In this document: positions 1-10,436 of the stretch, piece after piece
Layout: every line of letters begins with the position of its first letter
How positions within the stretch are numbered: the first letter of the stretch is position 1
Assembly: GCA_963663545.1 (NCBI GenBank)
Contig: OY760505.1
Span: forward strand, 873,185-937,184
Direction: 5' to 3'
Length of the DNA: 64,000 nucleotides
DNA from: Candidatus Delongbacteria bacterium
GTDB lineage: Bacteria; CAIWAD01
Notes under the pieces: model-generated
The model's database searches: none
Seen by the model: only the letters and a program-made list of their open reading frames with translations
What the model was told of the DNA's origin: nothing
Made by a program: the position numbers and the translations under genes

Positions 1-598
1 GAGCCGCCTGCGGAAGGGTCAGTGCTACTCCGCGCAAGGCGGCCAGCTCGCGTGCTACACCGTGAAGGGAAAGCCAATCACCGCGATTTTGTGTCACCTC
101 AACGTCGATCACCACATCTTGCCAGCCGTGTTCTTCGGCCAGCGGACGACCGGCGGGCCAGACTTCGGCATCCAGGTCCAGAATGCCTGCGTGACTGTCG
201 CTGAGACCCAGCTCTACTTCACTGCAAAGCATGCCACAACTCTCGACGCCGCGAATTTTGGCCTTCTTCAAAGGCTGATTGTCCAGACCAGGCAGTTTGC
301 TTCCCAGCTGAGCCAGCGCCGTGGTCATGCCCAGACGCAGATTCGGTGCGCCGCAGACCAGACGCAGCGGCTCTTCGCCGCCGAAGTCGACGGTGGCCAG
401 ACGCAGTTTGTCGGCGTCCGGATGCGGATCCACCTGTATCACATGCGCCGCAACGACGCCTTCAAGACTACGCTCGATGCGTGTCACGCTTTCCACTTCC
501 AGACCGGCCATGGTCAGTTCGTGAACCAGTTGTGACACGCCCTCTTCGCTGGTATCAATGGCGATGAAATCGCTGAGCCAGTTCAGGGAGATTTTCAT
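1..598 (-). CDS. pheT: phenylalanine--tRNA ligase beta subunit, N-terminal part (truncated by window edge)
   Basis: Minus-strand translation from ATG at 598 gives MKISLNWLSDFIAIDTSEEGVSQLVHELTMAGLEVE..., a typical PheT N-terminus. AGGAGCA RBS precedes it. It lies immediately downstream of pheS. Not in the ORF table because it has no stop inside the window. Confidence 0.8.
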   Translation of the reverse strand, partial: MKISLNWLSDFIAIDTSEEGVSQLVHELTMAGLEVESVTRIERSLEGVVAAHVIQVDPHPDADKLRLATVDFGGEEPLRLVCGAPNLRLGMTTALAQLGSKLPGLDNQPLKKAKIRGVESCGMLCSEVELGLSDSHAGILDLDAEVWPAGRPLAEEHGWQDVVIDVEVTQNRGDWLSLHGVARELAALRGVALTLPQAA

Positions 599-626
599 TC
601 CCATGCTCCTTTTCTATGTGTCACAA

Positions 627-1631
627 CTAGAACTGCTTGAGAAAGCGCAGATCGTTTTCGTAGAAGAGACGGATGTCGTCTACTTCGTAGAGCAACATGG
701 CCATGCGCTCGATGCCAAGACCGAAAGCGAAGCCGCTATACTCGGCAGGATCGATCTCTACACCGCGTAACACATTGGGATGCACCATACCGCTGCCGCC
801 CATTTCCAGCCAGCCGGACTGCTTGCAGACGCGGCAGCCCTGGCCCTTGCAGAAGATGCAGGTCACGTCCACCTCTGCCGAAGGCGTGGTGAAGGGAAAG
901 TAGTGCGGGCGGAAGCGCAGTTGGGTATCAGCGCCAAAAATCTGGCGGTAGAAGCCCAGCAGCGTTCCCTTGAGGTCGGCGAAACTGATGCCGTGATCCA
1001 CGCAAAGTCCCTCGACCTGCATGAACATCGGGCTGTGGGTAGCGTCGGGCTTGTCGTTGCGGTACACGCGTCCGGGAGCGATGATGCGCAGCGGCGGCTT
1101 GACCTTCTGCATCACACGCACCTGCACGGGGCTGGTCTCGGTGCGCAGCATGTGGCCCTGCTCAAGATACAGGCTGTCCTCCTCGGCGCGGGCGGGATGC
1201 CAGAAAGGCGTGTTGAGCATGTCAAAGTTGTAGTGCTCGGTCTCGACTTCCGGGCCGTCCTCGACAGTGAAACCCATGCGGGTGAACACGCTGATGATCA
1301 GCTCGCGCATCTGCTCCAGCGGGTGCAGGCGTCCGCGTGATACAGGATGCCCCGGCAGGCTCAGATCCACACCGGCCACACTCTGGCTGCGCTTCATGTT
1401 GTCCTGGATTTCGTTGAAGGCGGCGGTCAGCTCCTGCTTGAGCTCGTTGAGCTGCTGGCCTAGGCGCGGACGCTCTGCCGCGTCGGCGTCCTTCATCAAC
1501 AAAAAGAGCTTCTGCACTTCGCCTTTGCGGCCTAGCCAGTCAGCGTGGAAGGCCTTGAGTGCGTCAAGGTCTGCAACCGCTTTCAGCTCGGCGGTGAAGC
1601 GCTGGCGCAGCTCGTTCATTCTTTGTTGCAT
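627..1631 (-). CDS. pheS: phenylalanine--tRNA ligase alpha subunit
   Basis: 334-aa ORF with class II aaRS motifs (…FRPHYFPFTTPSAEVDV…GSGMVHPNVL…GFAFGLGIERMAML). Conserved position upstream of pheT. Confidence 0.95.
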   Translation of the reverse strand: MQQRMNELRQRFTAELKAVADLDALKAFHADWLGRKGEVQKLFLLMKDADAAERPRLGQQLNELKQELTAAFNEIQDNMKRSQSVAGVDLSLPGHPVSRGRLHPLEQMRELIISVFTRMGFTVEDGPEVETEHYNFDMLNTPFWHPARAEEDSLYLEQGHMLRTETSPVQVRVMQKVKPPLRIIAPGRVYRNDKPDATHSPMFMQVEGLCVDHGISFADLKGTLLGFYRQIFGADTQLRFRPHYFPFTTPSAEVDVTCIFCKGQGCRVCKQSGWLEMGGSGMVHPNVLRGVEIDPAEYSGFAFGLGIERMAMLLYEVDDIRLFYENDLRFLKQF

Positions 1632-1732
1632 TCTGCTTCCCTCTTCTATCGAAATCGGGATTCTCTACTACGTTCGCGATCAGCTCCGCCTGCGGCGGAA
1701 AGCTCTGGTTCTTTGCTGCGCAAAGAGAAAGC

Positions 1733-1764
1733 CTACTTTTCTTTGTTGCGACAAAGAAAAGTAG
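1733..1764 (-). promoter_or_regulatory. perfect 13-bp inverted repeat (ctacttttctttg / caaagaaaagtag, 6-nt loop). On the minus strand it is followed by GCUUUCUCUUU. Putative pheST leader attenuator/terminator.
   Basis: Seen directly: arms 1733-1745 and 1752-1764 are exact reverse complements. A U-rich tract follows on the pheS-sense strand about 90 nt upstream of the pheS start. In E. coli, pheST is controlled by attenuation at this position. Confidence 0.4.
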
Positions 1765-1937
1765 CAAAAGAAAGCGCTCGCTCCCTCCGACCCGAGGATT
1801 GTTGACCACTGGTCAACAACCGCGGGCGGGCACCACTTGCTTGCTAGAAGGCTACGCTCATTGATTCAGACCTTCGGTCTTCATCACTGGCCTAACGGCC
1901 ATTTATTGAGCGCAACCAGTGATGGAAGGACTCGCTT

Positions 1938-1962
1938 CAAAGAGAAATGTCCCCTTGCGGGG
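1938..1962 (-). terminator. intrinsic-terminator-like hairpin (aaatgtcccc-ttgc-ggggacattt) downstream of rplT
   Basis: 10-bp GC-rich stem. On the minus strand it is followed by UUUCUCUUU. Located about 30 nt after the rplT stop. Confidence 0.45.
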
Positions 1963-1991
1963 ACATTTTGCGTATGCTGAGTCGCGCCGCT

Positions 1992-2336
1992 CTACTTGAC
2001 TGATTCCACGAGGGCGTTAAAAGCCTCGGGATTGCGCACGGCCATGTCAGCCAGCTGCTTGCGGTCGATGTCGATGTTCTTCTCGTCCAGCAGGTGGATG
2101 AAGCGCGAGTAGCTCAGGTCGTGCATGCGCACGGCGGCGTTGATGCGCGTGATCCACAGGCGACGGAAATCACCTTTGCGACGCTTGCGATGAGCAGTCG
2201 AGAAAGCAAGACCACGGTCGATGGCGGCCAGCGTCTGACGAACCAGATTATTACGTCCGCCACGATAGCCCTTGGCGGCGGCAAATGCGCGCTTGCGGCG
2301 AGCCTTGGAGGCGGGATTATTTGTTGCTCTCGGCAT
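1992..2336 (-). CDS. rplT: 50S ribosomal protein L20
   Basis: 114 aa, MPRATNNPASKARRKRAFAAAKGYRGGRNNL... is a canonical L20 sequence. Confidence 0.95.
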   Translation of the reverse strand: MPRATNNPASKARRKRAFAAAKGYRGGRNNLVRQTLAAIDRGLAFSTAHRKRRKGDFRRLWITRINAAVRMHDLSYSRFIHLLDEKNIDIDRKQLADMAVRNPEAFNALVESVK

Positions 2337-2348
2337 GGGACTACCTCC

Positions 2349-2543
2349 TTACTTGCCTAACATAGCCTTCACGCGCGGCTCGTCCACTTCGGCCACGATC
2401 AGGGACTTCCGCAGACCGCGCTTGCGATCAGGGCTTTTCTTGGTCAGAATATGGCTGCCGTAGGCCTGGTTGCGCTTGACGCGCCCGGTTCCGGTCAGCT
2501 TGAAGCGCTTTGCAGCAGCGCGCCGGGTTCTCATCTTGGGCAT
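2349..2543 (-). CDS. rpmI: 50S ribosomal protein L35
   Basis: 64 aa, [36 protein letters not shown]... is canonical L35. Confidence 0.95.
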   Translation of the reverse strand: MPKMRTRRAAAKRFKLTGTGRVKRNQAYGSHILTKKSPDRKRGLRKSLIVAEVDEPRVKAMLGK

Positions 2544-2582
2544 GATATATCCTCCAGTTCTTCTTGTTGACGCTTCGCCAGA

Positions 2583-3137
2583 CTACTTGCGCTTCTTGGG
2601 CGCCAGCAGCAGGGTCATATTGCGCGGCCCATCCATCCGGGGAGCCTGCTCGACGTTGGCCACGTCCTTGACCAGTTCGATGAACTGCTCCAGAATGCCA
2701 GAGCCCAGCTCCTTGTGGGTGATCATGCGACCGCGGAAAATCACAAAGACCTTGACCTTGTTGCCCTCTTCGAGGAACTCCTGCGCACGGGCAGCCTTGG
2801 TCTTGAGATCGTTGGGACCAATCTTCGGCGACAGGCGCACACCCTTTACGGTGACGGTGTGCTGCTTGGCCTTGGCCACTTTTTCCTTTTTGGCCTGCTC
2901 GTACAGAAATTTGCCATAGTCCAGGATCTTGCAGACCGGGGGATCGGCGTTGGGAGAAATCTCAACCAGATCCTGCCCTGCCTCTTCAGCCAGCACCAAA
3001 GCCTCCTGCAAGGAGACGACGCCGCGCTGTTCGCCCTCTTCGTCAATCAGACGCACTTCGGCTGCGCGAATGCCGCCGTTCAACCGATGCTTTTGCGCCT
3101 GTACCTTAGGACGCTGAAAGAACTTGCCTCTGGCGAT
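2583..3137 (-). CDS. infC: translation initiation factor IF-3, probable non-AUG (AUC) start
   Basis: ORF-table protein (…GGIRAAEVRLIDEEGEQRGVVSLQEALVLAEEAGQDLVEISPNADPPVCKILDYGKF…) is IF-3. The frame stays open upstream to a TAG at 3168-3170 with no in-frame ATG. An AGGAG at 3144-3148 is followed 6 nt later by ATC at 3137-3135. That start gives an N-terminus (M)IARGKFFQRPKVQAQKHRLNGGIR…, the same length as E. coli IF-3, which uses AUU. Confidence 0.8.
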   Translation of the reverse strand: MARGKFFQRPKVQAQKHRLNGGIRAAEVRLIDEEGEQRGVVSLQEALVLAEEAGQDLVEISPNADPPVCKILDYGKFLYEQAKKEKVAKAKQHTVTVKGVRLSPKIGPNDLKTKAARAQEFLEEGNKVKVFVIFRGRMITHKELGSGILEQFIELVKDVANVEQAPRMDGPRNMTLLLAPKKRK

Positions 3138-3193
3138 GATGTACTCCTTTAAGGATGACCAACTGACCTATCGCGGCCGCAAAGCGGGAGCCT

Positions 3194-5131
<1,938 letters not shown>

Positions 5132-5259
5132 GGTCCTTTCCTCTTCCTTTCCGGGGTGACGTGCGCCAGCAACGCCTTCCCCTATGGCAGCGAACAAGCC
5201 CCCGCGGGGGCCTGTTGCAGTTTCAATGCAAGCAGCAAGTGGTACTGGCTGCTTTCAAG

Positions 5260-5333
5260 TGGGCGGTACGGGATTCGAACCTGTGACCCCTAGCGTGTCG
5301 AGCTAGTGCTCTAACCAACTGAGCTAACCGCCC
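5260..5333 (-). tRNA. tRNA-Val (anticodon GAC), CCA not encoded
   Basis: Reverse complement reads GGGCGGTTAGCTCAGTTGGTTAGAGCACTAGCTCGACACGCTAGGGGTCACAGGTTCGAATCCCGTACCGCCCA. It has a 7-bp acceptor stem, a D-arm identical to E. coli tRNA-Val, an anticodon loop UCGACAC, and a T-loop TTCGAAT. Unusual features: C33, and an A51·C63 mismatch in the T-stem. Confidence 0.7.
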
Positions 5334-5486
5334 AAGAAAGACCGAGAAGATAGCGTGGGAGGAGCAGCTTGTCAAGTCCACTCCCCCTTAATCGGTATCG
5401 GTGCCCATTCTCCGCGCCGCCCTTTTCCTGTTGTAATATCGAGACACAGATCGCAGATTGGGCGTACACAGATCCGGAGAATAGCG

Positions 5487-7778
5487 ATGAACACGAACAA
5501 GAGTTTCCTGATGGCAGCTGTGCTGATGATTGCAGCATGTGCTGTAGCACAGACGGGTACCTACGCCGACTACGAGTACCTCTCAAGTGCTGAGATCTCA
5601 CCGGAAGGGCACGCATCCACATTTGTATCCGGAGAGGCTCTCTGGGAGCCCATTCACACGAACGGTGCATTCAACATCTCCGACTTATGCTGCCCCATGT
5701 TTATGGGTCTGGCAACTTGTGGCGCAGACTACGTCATCAATCTTACCGAAGACCAATACGAGTATGTCTTCCAGGGTGGCCTGGTGATGCAATCTCCCGG
5801 TGTAAGTCTAGACGTTGAGGATACATTGGAAGAAATACGCAGTGCCGTGCAGGAGCCCCATCACTACACCGGTTTCGCCATTGTCGATGGTGATACACAG
5901 GCCGTTACGACCTATCTGAAGTTTCTTCACAACGAATATGCTGTAGCACAGTATTGTGCCGGACTAGTGCGAGCCGAGCTGGATAGTCTTGACCAACCAA
6001 CCGGCATCTACGACACACTCTACGTGACACAAGCTGAAACGGACTGGCTGATTCAGCCATTGCCAACGACTGCGGGTGAAGAAGTCATTGTAGTTGACGG
6101 CGTCTGTCGACTGGAAGGCTTTGTTGAGGGACGTATCACGGTGCTGGCCTCTGACAGCATGTTCATCATGGATGATCTGGTCACAAGCGATGTCGTCTTG
6201 AGCAACTGCGGCGATAACTCCTTTGGTCGCGTTCCGGAAGGTTCGAGCAACTGCATCGGCCTGATTGGTGAGAAGGATATCATTGTTGCCGCCACAGTCC
6301 CGAACGGTGCTTTCGACGGTGCTTACCTTGGCGAACACTTCTGTGTATCACAGATGGGGCCAGCCTGGCAGGGTGGACCGGCCATGCCGGCAAACATCGA
6401 CTCGTGCTCCGGTGCGTACAAAGATGTTGTTATCACCGCCAGTATCATGGCTCTTGGCTGTACTTTTGAGACCGAATTCTGGCACACATCGGCAACGGCT
6501 TCACCCATTCCGCCCAGTGAAGGGACAGGCATGGGTAGTACCAGCCTTTGCAATGAGGGTTTGAATGATTCCCACGTTGCCTACTGGGACTGTGGATTTT
6601 CAACAACCGCGGATCGCCGCGGCACTCTCTGGTTTGACGGTTCCCTGGTGCAGATCCTGCGCGGCTATCGAGTGCGAAATCCCATTGGCCCTTGGGGAAA
6701 CGCCACCATTGGCTATAGCAGTTTCCTGCGACGCTACGATCGCAACCTGTATCACAGAGCACCGCCGATGTGGCCGCCACTTGAGAACTCGGTGCGCTTC
6801 GAGCTCCTGCTACCTCAGGGGATCTCGGCAACTGGCACCATCAAGCCGTGGAAACTTCGAGGACTCGTGAATAGCGATTCCTGCGGTATCTACCTCCCCA
6901 CAACTCTGGAGAATTGCTTTCTGCCCGACTTCTTCAAATGCTCGATCCGTGCTGAGCTTCTCGACGACGAGTTCGAGATCGAAGCCAGAGAAATATTGCT
7001 GGCTGACTCCAGTGCGGCTGTGATACTGCCCTTCCCCGATGTTCCCTTCATCGAAGAGTATCTCCCGGGCGATGAGTTCTTCTATCAACTGGGCTATGGC
7101 GGCTGGAATCGCAATGGAACTAGGCTCCGCTGGACTCTGCAGGCCGGGCCCGTGGCAGCAGAAGCGGAGGCCCTAGGCGTTACTGAAGGTGTACAGCCCG
7201 TCTTCAGCGAGTTCGTTCAGCAGTGGAATTCCACCACAAGCCGCTTTCGTATCACGGAGCGCGCCGATGTGAACCTGCTCGTCCGGCTGGTGGACGGCAG
7301 TGGAAATGTTCTGTCAGAGAGCGAGTTCAGCGACAATCTCTTCGAGCTGCCAGCGCTGGACTCTGCGCTCTTCAGCGATGATGATGCCTACGAGATTCAC
7401 GTGGAAGTCTACGCTCCCTGGTCCGATCAGACCTGGAGTTCCGCAGGCAGCATCAGCTGGTGGTACAATCCCGACACCGCTGTATCACCCGCCGAACTGC
7501 CGCAGGAGCTAAGCCTGCGCGCCTTCCCCAATCCTTTCAATCCGCGTACTACAGTGGAACTGGCGCTACCATTGGCGGGAGAAGTGTGCGTGGAGCTCTT
7601 CGACCTTACGGGCCGCAGTGCGAGCGTGATACGCCGGGGCGCGATGGCTGCAGGTCTGTATCACATTCCCGTGGACGGACAGAACCTTGCCAGCGGTTTG
7701 TATCTGCTGCGCGTCGAGGCGCCCGATGCAGCCGGGCAGCGTCAGCAGCGGGTGCAGAAGCTGCTGCTGGTGAGGTGA
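5487..7778 (+). CDS. secreted protein with N-terminal signal peptide and C-terminal T9SS (Por) sorting domain; paralog 1 of 3
   Basis: Start ATG 5487 (MNTNKSFLMAAVLMIAACAVAQTG…) after GGAGA. C-terminus …FPNPFNPRTTVELALPLAGEVCVELFDLTGRSASVIRRGAMAAGLYHIPVDGQNLASGLYLLRVEAPDAAGQRQQRVQKLLLVR matches the TIGR04183 Por-secretion-tail consensus. The central conserved block (GVCRLEGFVEGRITVLASDSMFIMDDLVTSDV…NCIGLIGEKDIIVAATVPNGAF…) looks like a parallel beta-helix. Confidence 0.85.
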   Translation: MNTNKSFLMAAVLMIAACAVAQTGTYADYEYLSSAEISPEGHASTFVSGEALWEPIHTNGAFNISDLCCPMFMGLATCGADYVINLTEDQYEYVFQGGLVMQSPGVSLDVEDTLEEIRSAVQEPHHYTGFAIVDGDTQAVTTYLKFLHNEYAVAQYCAGLVRAELDSLDQPTGIYDTLYVTQAETDWLIQPLPTTAGEEVIVVDGVCRLEGFVEGRITVLASDSMFIMDDLVTSDVVLSNCGDNSFGRVPEGSSNCIGLIGEKDIIVAATVPNGAFDGAYLGEHFCVSQMGPAWQGGPAMPANIDSCSGAYKDVVITASIMALGCTFETEFWHTSATASPIPPSEGTGMGSTSLCNEGLNDSHVAYWDCGFSTTADRRGTLWFDGSLVQILRGYRVRNPIGPWGNATIGYSSFLRRYDRNLYHRAPPMWPPLENSVRFELLLPQGISATGTIKPWKLRGLVNSDSCGIYLPTTLENCFLPDFFKCSIRAELLDDEFEIEAREILLADSSAAVILPFPDVPFIEEYLPGDEFFYQLGYGGWNRNGTRLRWTLQAGPVAAEAEALGVTEGVQPVFSEFVQQWNSTTSRFRITERADVNLLVRLVDGSGNVLSESEFSDNLFELPALDSALFSDDDAYEIHVEVYAPWSDQTWSSAGSISWWYNPDTAVSPAELPQELSLRAFPNPFNPRTTVELALPLAGEVCVELFDLTGRSASVIRRGAMAAGLYHIPVDGQNLASGLYLLRVEAPDAAGQRQQRVQKLLLVR
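7441..7778 (+). repeat. near-identical ~340-bp direct repeat (copy 1 of 3) encoding the T9SS C-terminal domain. Copy 1 and copy 3 share about 660 bp.
   Basis: Stretches such as tggtggtacaa(t/c)cccgacaccgctgtatcacccgccgaactgccgcaggagctaagcctgcgcgccttccccaatcc recur at 7460, 10100 and 12440. Confidence 0.85.
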
Positions 7779-7796
7779 GACACAAGGGTGGAATAG

Positions 7797-10418
7797 ATGA
7801 AAACACACAGCATCATCTTGCTGGCTGGAGTGCTGGCAATATGCACCAGCGCATTTGCCCAGACGGGCACTCTGGCCGACTATCAGCTTCTAAGTCAGCG
7901 TGAGAGGACAATGGAAGAGACTTCTCTCTTTCATGGCTGCATTCACGCGATACAAAATCGTTTCCACACCAACGGCAATATTCCCCTTTCCGACCAGCGC
8001 TGTGAAAGATACTTCGGCCTGGCAAGTAGCTGCGAGGATCTGGATGAGATCCCTCTTGAGCAGTGCAGAGCAGTGTTTCAAGGTGGGCTGGTTACGCACG
8101 CACCTGAAGTGAATCTGGATCTGGACGTACTCCTAGAAGAGATTCGTAACACAGTGGCTAGCGAGAATCACTACCAAGGCTTCATGTATACTGAATCTGA
8201 GACACTGGCGGTGACCACCTACCTGAGATTCATGAACACTCAGTACGCCGTGTCACAGTATATCAGTTCCAGCGTCCAGGCTGAGTTGGACGATGACGGT
8301 GATCCAACGGGTGTATATGATACACTCTATGTTACTCCGGGTAACACGGACTGGGTTGTCCACCCCTTGCCGTCACTACAGAACGGAGAGGTCATTGTTG
8401 TAGAGGGCGTCTGCCGTCTTGAAGGCTTTGTCGAAGGACGTATCACAGTACTTTCCGCCGACAGTATGTTCGTCATGGATGACCTCGTGACCAGCGATGT
8501 GATCCTGGAGGAGTATGGGAATCGCGAGGTCTATGGCCTAGTACCAGAGAACTCGCCCAACTGCATTGGTCTGATCAGTGAAAGCAATGTGATCATCGCC
8601 AATACCTTGCCCAATGGAGCCTTCAACGGTGCAAACAGCAGTGATTTTTGCACCTCGGTGATGGGGCCAGCCTGGCAGGGAGGACCGGAGATGCCCGCCA
8701 ACATTCAGGTGGAAAACTCCAGCCGGCAGGATGTGGTGATCACGGCCAGCATTATCGCATTGGGATGCACATTCGAAACTGAGTTCTGGCACACATCGGC
8801 CACAGGAATCCCGCTACCAGAGACAGAGGGGACAGGTATGGGAACCCCAAACCCCCTCTGCGGCGGCATGAACAACTCGCACGTCGCACTCTGGCCTTGT
8901 GAGAACGCATCCCCTACACGGGATATCCGCGGTGCAGTCTGGTTTTGTGGTTCCGTCACACAGGCACTGACTGGCTTCCTTGGCCGTACTCCGCCCGGGC
9001 CATTAGATCCAGTATCAATTGGTTTGGAAATTGTGCGCCGCTACGATGAGAACTTGTATCACCGAGCTCCTCCGATGTGGCCCATCTCAAGTCTCAACCT
9101 ACACTACACGCGGCGTCTTCCCGACGGGCTGGAATCAGGGGATCACATCACGCCGGCGAAGCTCTACGAACTCGCAAGCGATACGACGGCTGGCATCTAT
9201 CTGCCCACAACGCTCGACCACTGTCTACTGCCCGACCACTATCGTCTTCTGCTGAATCACTGCATGTGTTGCGACAGCGTTCCCGTAGTGCAGCAGCCAC
9301 ATGAAATCGTATTGGATGATGCATCGATTGCGGTTCTTCTGCCCTTCCCACGAGTTGACTGCACCACATTTGCCCTTCCCGGTGATACAATTTCTCCTGT
9401 TCTTGGTGTCACTGCCTGGAATAGGAACGGTTCCGATTGTTCTTGGGTGCTAACCACAGGAGATCTGCAACTAGCCCCAGCTAGTATGGATGTTGAATGC
9501 GGCGAGCAGCCATTCTTCGATGAGTTCGTCCAGCGCTGGAATGCCGCCGACCAGCTCTTCCGTGTCGTTGAGAGTCCGGAGGTGGTTCATACCGTTCGCC
9601 TGGTGAATGAGGACGGAAACATCCTGGCCGAGTCATCGGAAGGGACTGTACTCTTCGCCCTGCCCGAGCTGGAAACAGGCGTGTATTTCGACTACCAATC
9701 CTACAAGATTCATGTGGAAGTACTTGGTCCATGGTCCGGCAGTGGCTGGACCTCACTGGACGAGCACACGTGGTGGCACAACGATGCGCCCGAATTCGAA
9801 TGGACACAGGCCCCGCCCGCCTGCGGCCAAGTGACAAGCAGGGAAGCCTTTCTTGCCAATTGGAACTCAGCTCCACCCGTGATACATCTGTTTGATCAAA
9901 ACCATGATTCGATTCATGTGCAGCTCCAGAACCAGGGCATCACATTGCGAGCATGGAGCCTGGCCGCAACACACATACCAACAACCCTTGAGTTAAGCAA
10001 TCTCGCGCCTGCCGACCTTCCCGGCGAAGCCTTCGAGCTCAGCTTGCACATCCATGACCGATTAGGCTTCGCTCCCGAAGGCTACGAGCCACTGGTCTGG
10101 TGGTACAACCCCGACACCGCTGTATCACCCGCCGAACTGCCGCAGGAGCTAAGCCTGCGCGCCTTCCCCAATCCCTTCAATCCGCGTACTACAATTGAAT
10201 TGGCGCTGCCGGTGGCGGGCGAGGTGCGCGTGGAGCTCTTTGACCTTGCGGGCCGCAGTGCGAGCGTGATACGCCGGGGCGAAATGGCTGCAGGTCTGTA
10301 TCACATTCCCGTGGACGGACAGAACCTTGCCAGCGGTTTGTATCTGCTGCGCGTCGAGGCGCCGGATGCAGCCGGGCAGCGGCAGCAGAGGGTGCAGAAG
10401 TTGCTGTTGGTGAAGTAG
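7797..10418 (+). CDS. secreted T9SS-CTD protein; paralog 2 of 3
   Basis: 873 aa, signal peptide MKTHSIILLAGVLAICTSAFAQTG. Shares the conserved central block with paralogs 1 and 3. Its last ~105 aa are near-identical to theirs. Confidence 0.85.
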   Translation: MKTHSIILLAGVLAICTSAFAQTGTLADYQLLSQRERTMEETSLFHGCIHAIQNRFHTNGNIPLSDQRCERYFGLASSCEDLDEIPLEQCRAVFQGGLVTHAPEVNLDLDVLLEEIRNTVASENHYQGFMYTESETLAVTTYLRFMNTQYAVSQYISSSVQAELDDDGDPTGVYDTLYVTPGNTDWVVHPLPSLQNGEVIVVEGVCRLEGFVEGRITVLSADSMFVMDDLVTSDVILEEYGNREVYGLVPENSPNCIGLISESNVIIANTLPNGAFNGANSSDFCTSVMGPAWQGGPEMPANIQVENSSRQDVVITASIIALGCTFETEFWHTSATGIPLPETEGTGMGTPNPLCGGMNNSHVALWPCENASPTRDIRGAVWFCGSVTQALTGFLGRTPPGPLDPVSIGLEIVRRYDENLYHRAPPMWPISSLNLHYTRRLPDGLESGDHITPAKLYELASDTTAGIYLPTTLDHCLLPDHYRLLLNHCMCCDSVPVVQQPHEIVLDDASIAVLLPFPRVDCTTFALPGDTISPVLGVTAWNRNGSDCSWVLTTGDLQLAPASMDVECGEQPFFDEFVQRWNAADQLFRVVESPEVVHTVRLVNEDGNILAESSEGTVLFALPELETGVYFDYQSYKIHVEVLGPWSGSGWTSLDEHTWWHNDAPEFEWTQAPPACGQVTSREAFLANWNSAPPVIHLFDQNHDSIHVQLQNQGITLRAWSLAATHIPTTLELSNLAPADLPGEAFELSLHIHDRLGFAPEGYEPLVWWYNPDTAVSPAELPQELSLRAFPNPFNPRTTIELALPVAGEVRVELFDLAGRSASVIRRGEMAAGLYHIPVDGQNLASGLYLLRVEAPDAAGQRQQRVQKLLLVK
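10081..10418 (+). repeat. direct repeat copy 2 (3' end of paralog 2)
   Basis: Nucleotide-level near-identity with 7441-7778 and 12421-12773. Confidence 0.85.
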
Positions 10419-10436
10419 CACATAGGCTGAGGAAGC

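Noticed and set aside
61-620. Related octamer TGTGTCAC occurring three times in the first 620 nt
   Set aside because: Too few instances to separate from chance or from being a one-mismatch variant of the YGTATCAC motif. Not counted in the motif tally.
62-1340. Plus-strand ORFs 62-535 (157 aa) and 780-1340 (186 aa)
   Set aside because: They lie antisense to the well-supported pheT and pheS genes. Their translations are low-complexity Ala/Arg/Gly-rich products typical of antisense frames in high-GC DNA. No RBS and no recognisable motif.
1564-1809. 81-aa minus-strand ORF with FLLLLFFV run as a pheS leader peptide
   Set aside because: It starts at a GTG with no SD, and it continues past the pheS ATG in another frame for dozens of codons. 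That is unlike a short leader peptide. Only the hairpin and U-tract are reported.
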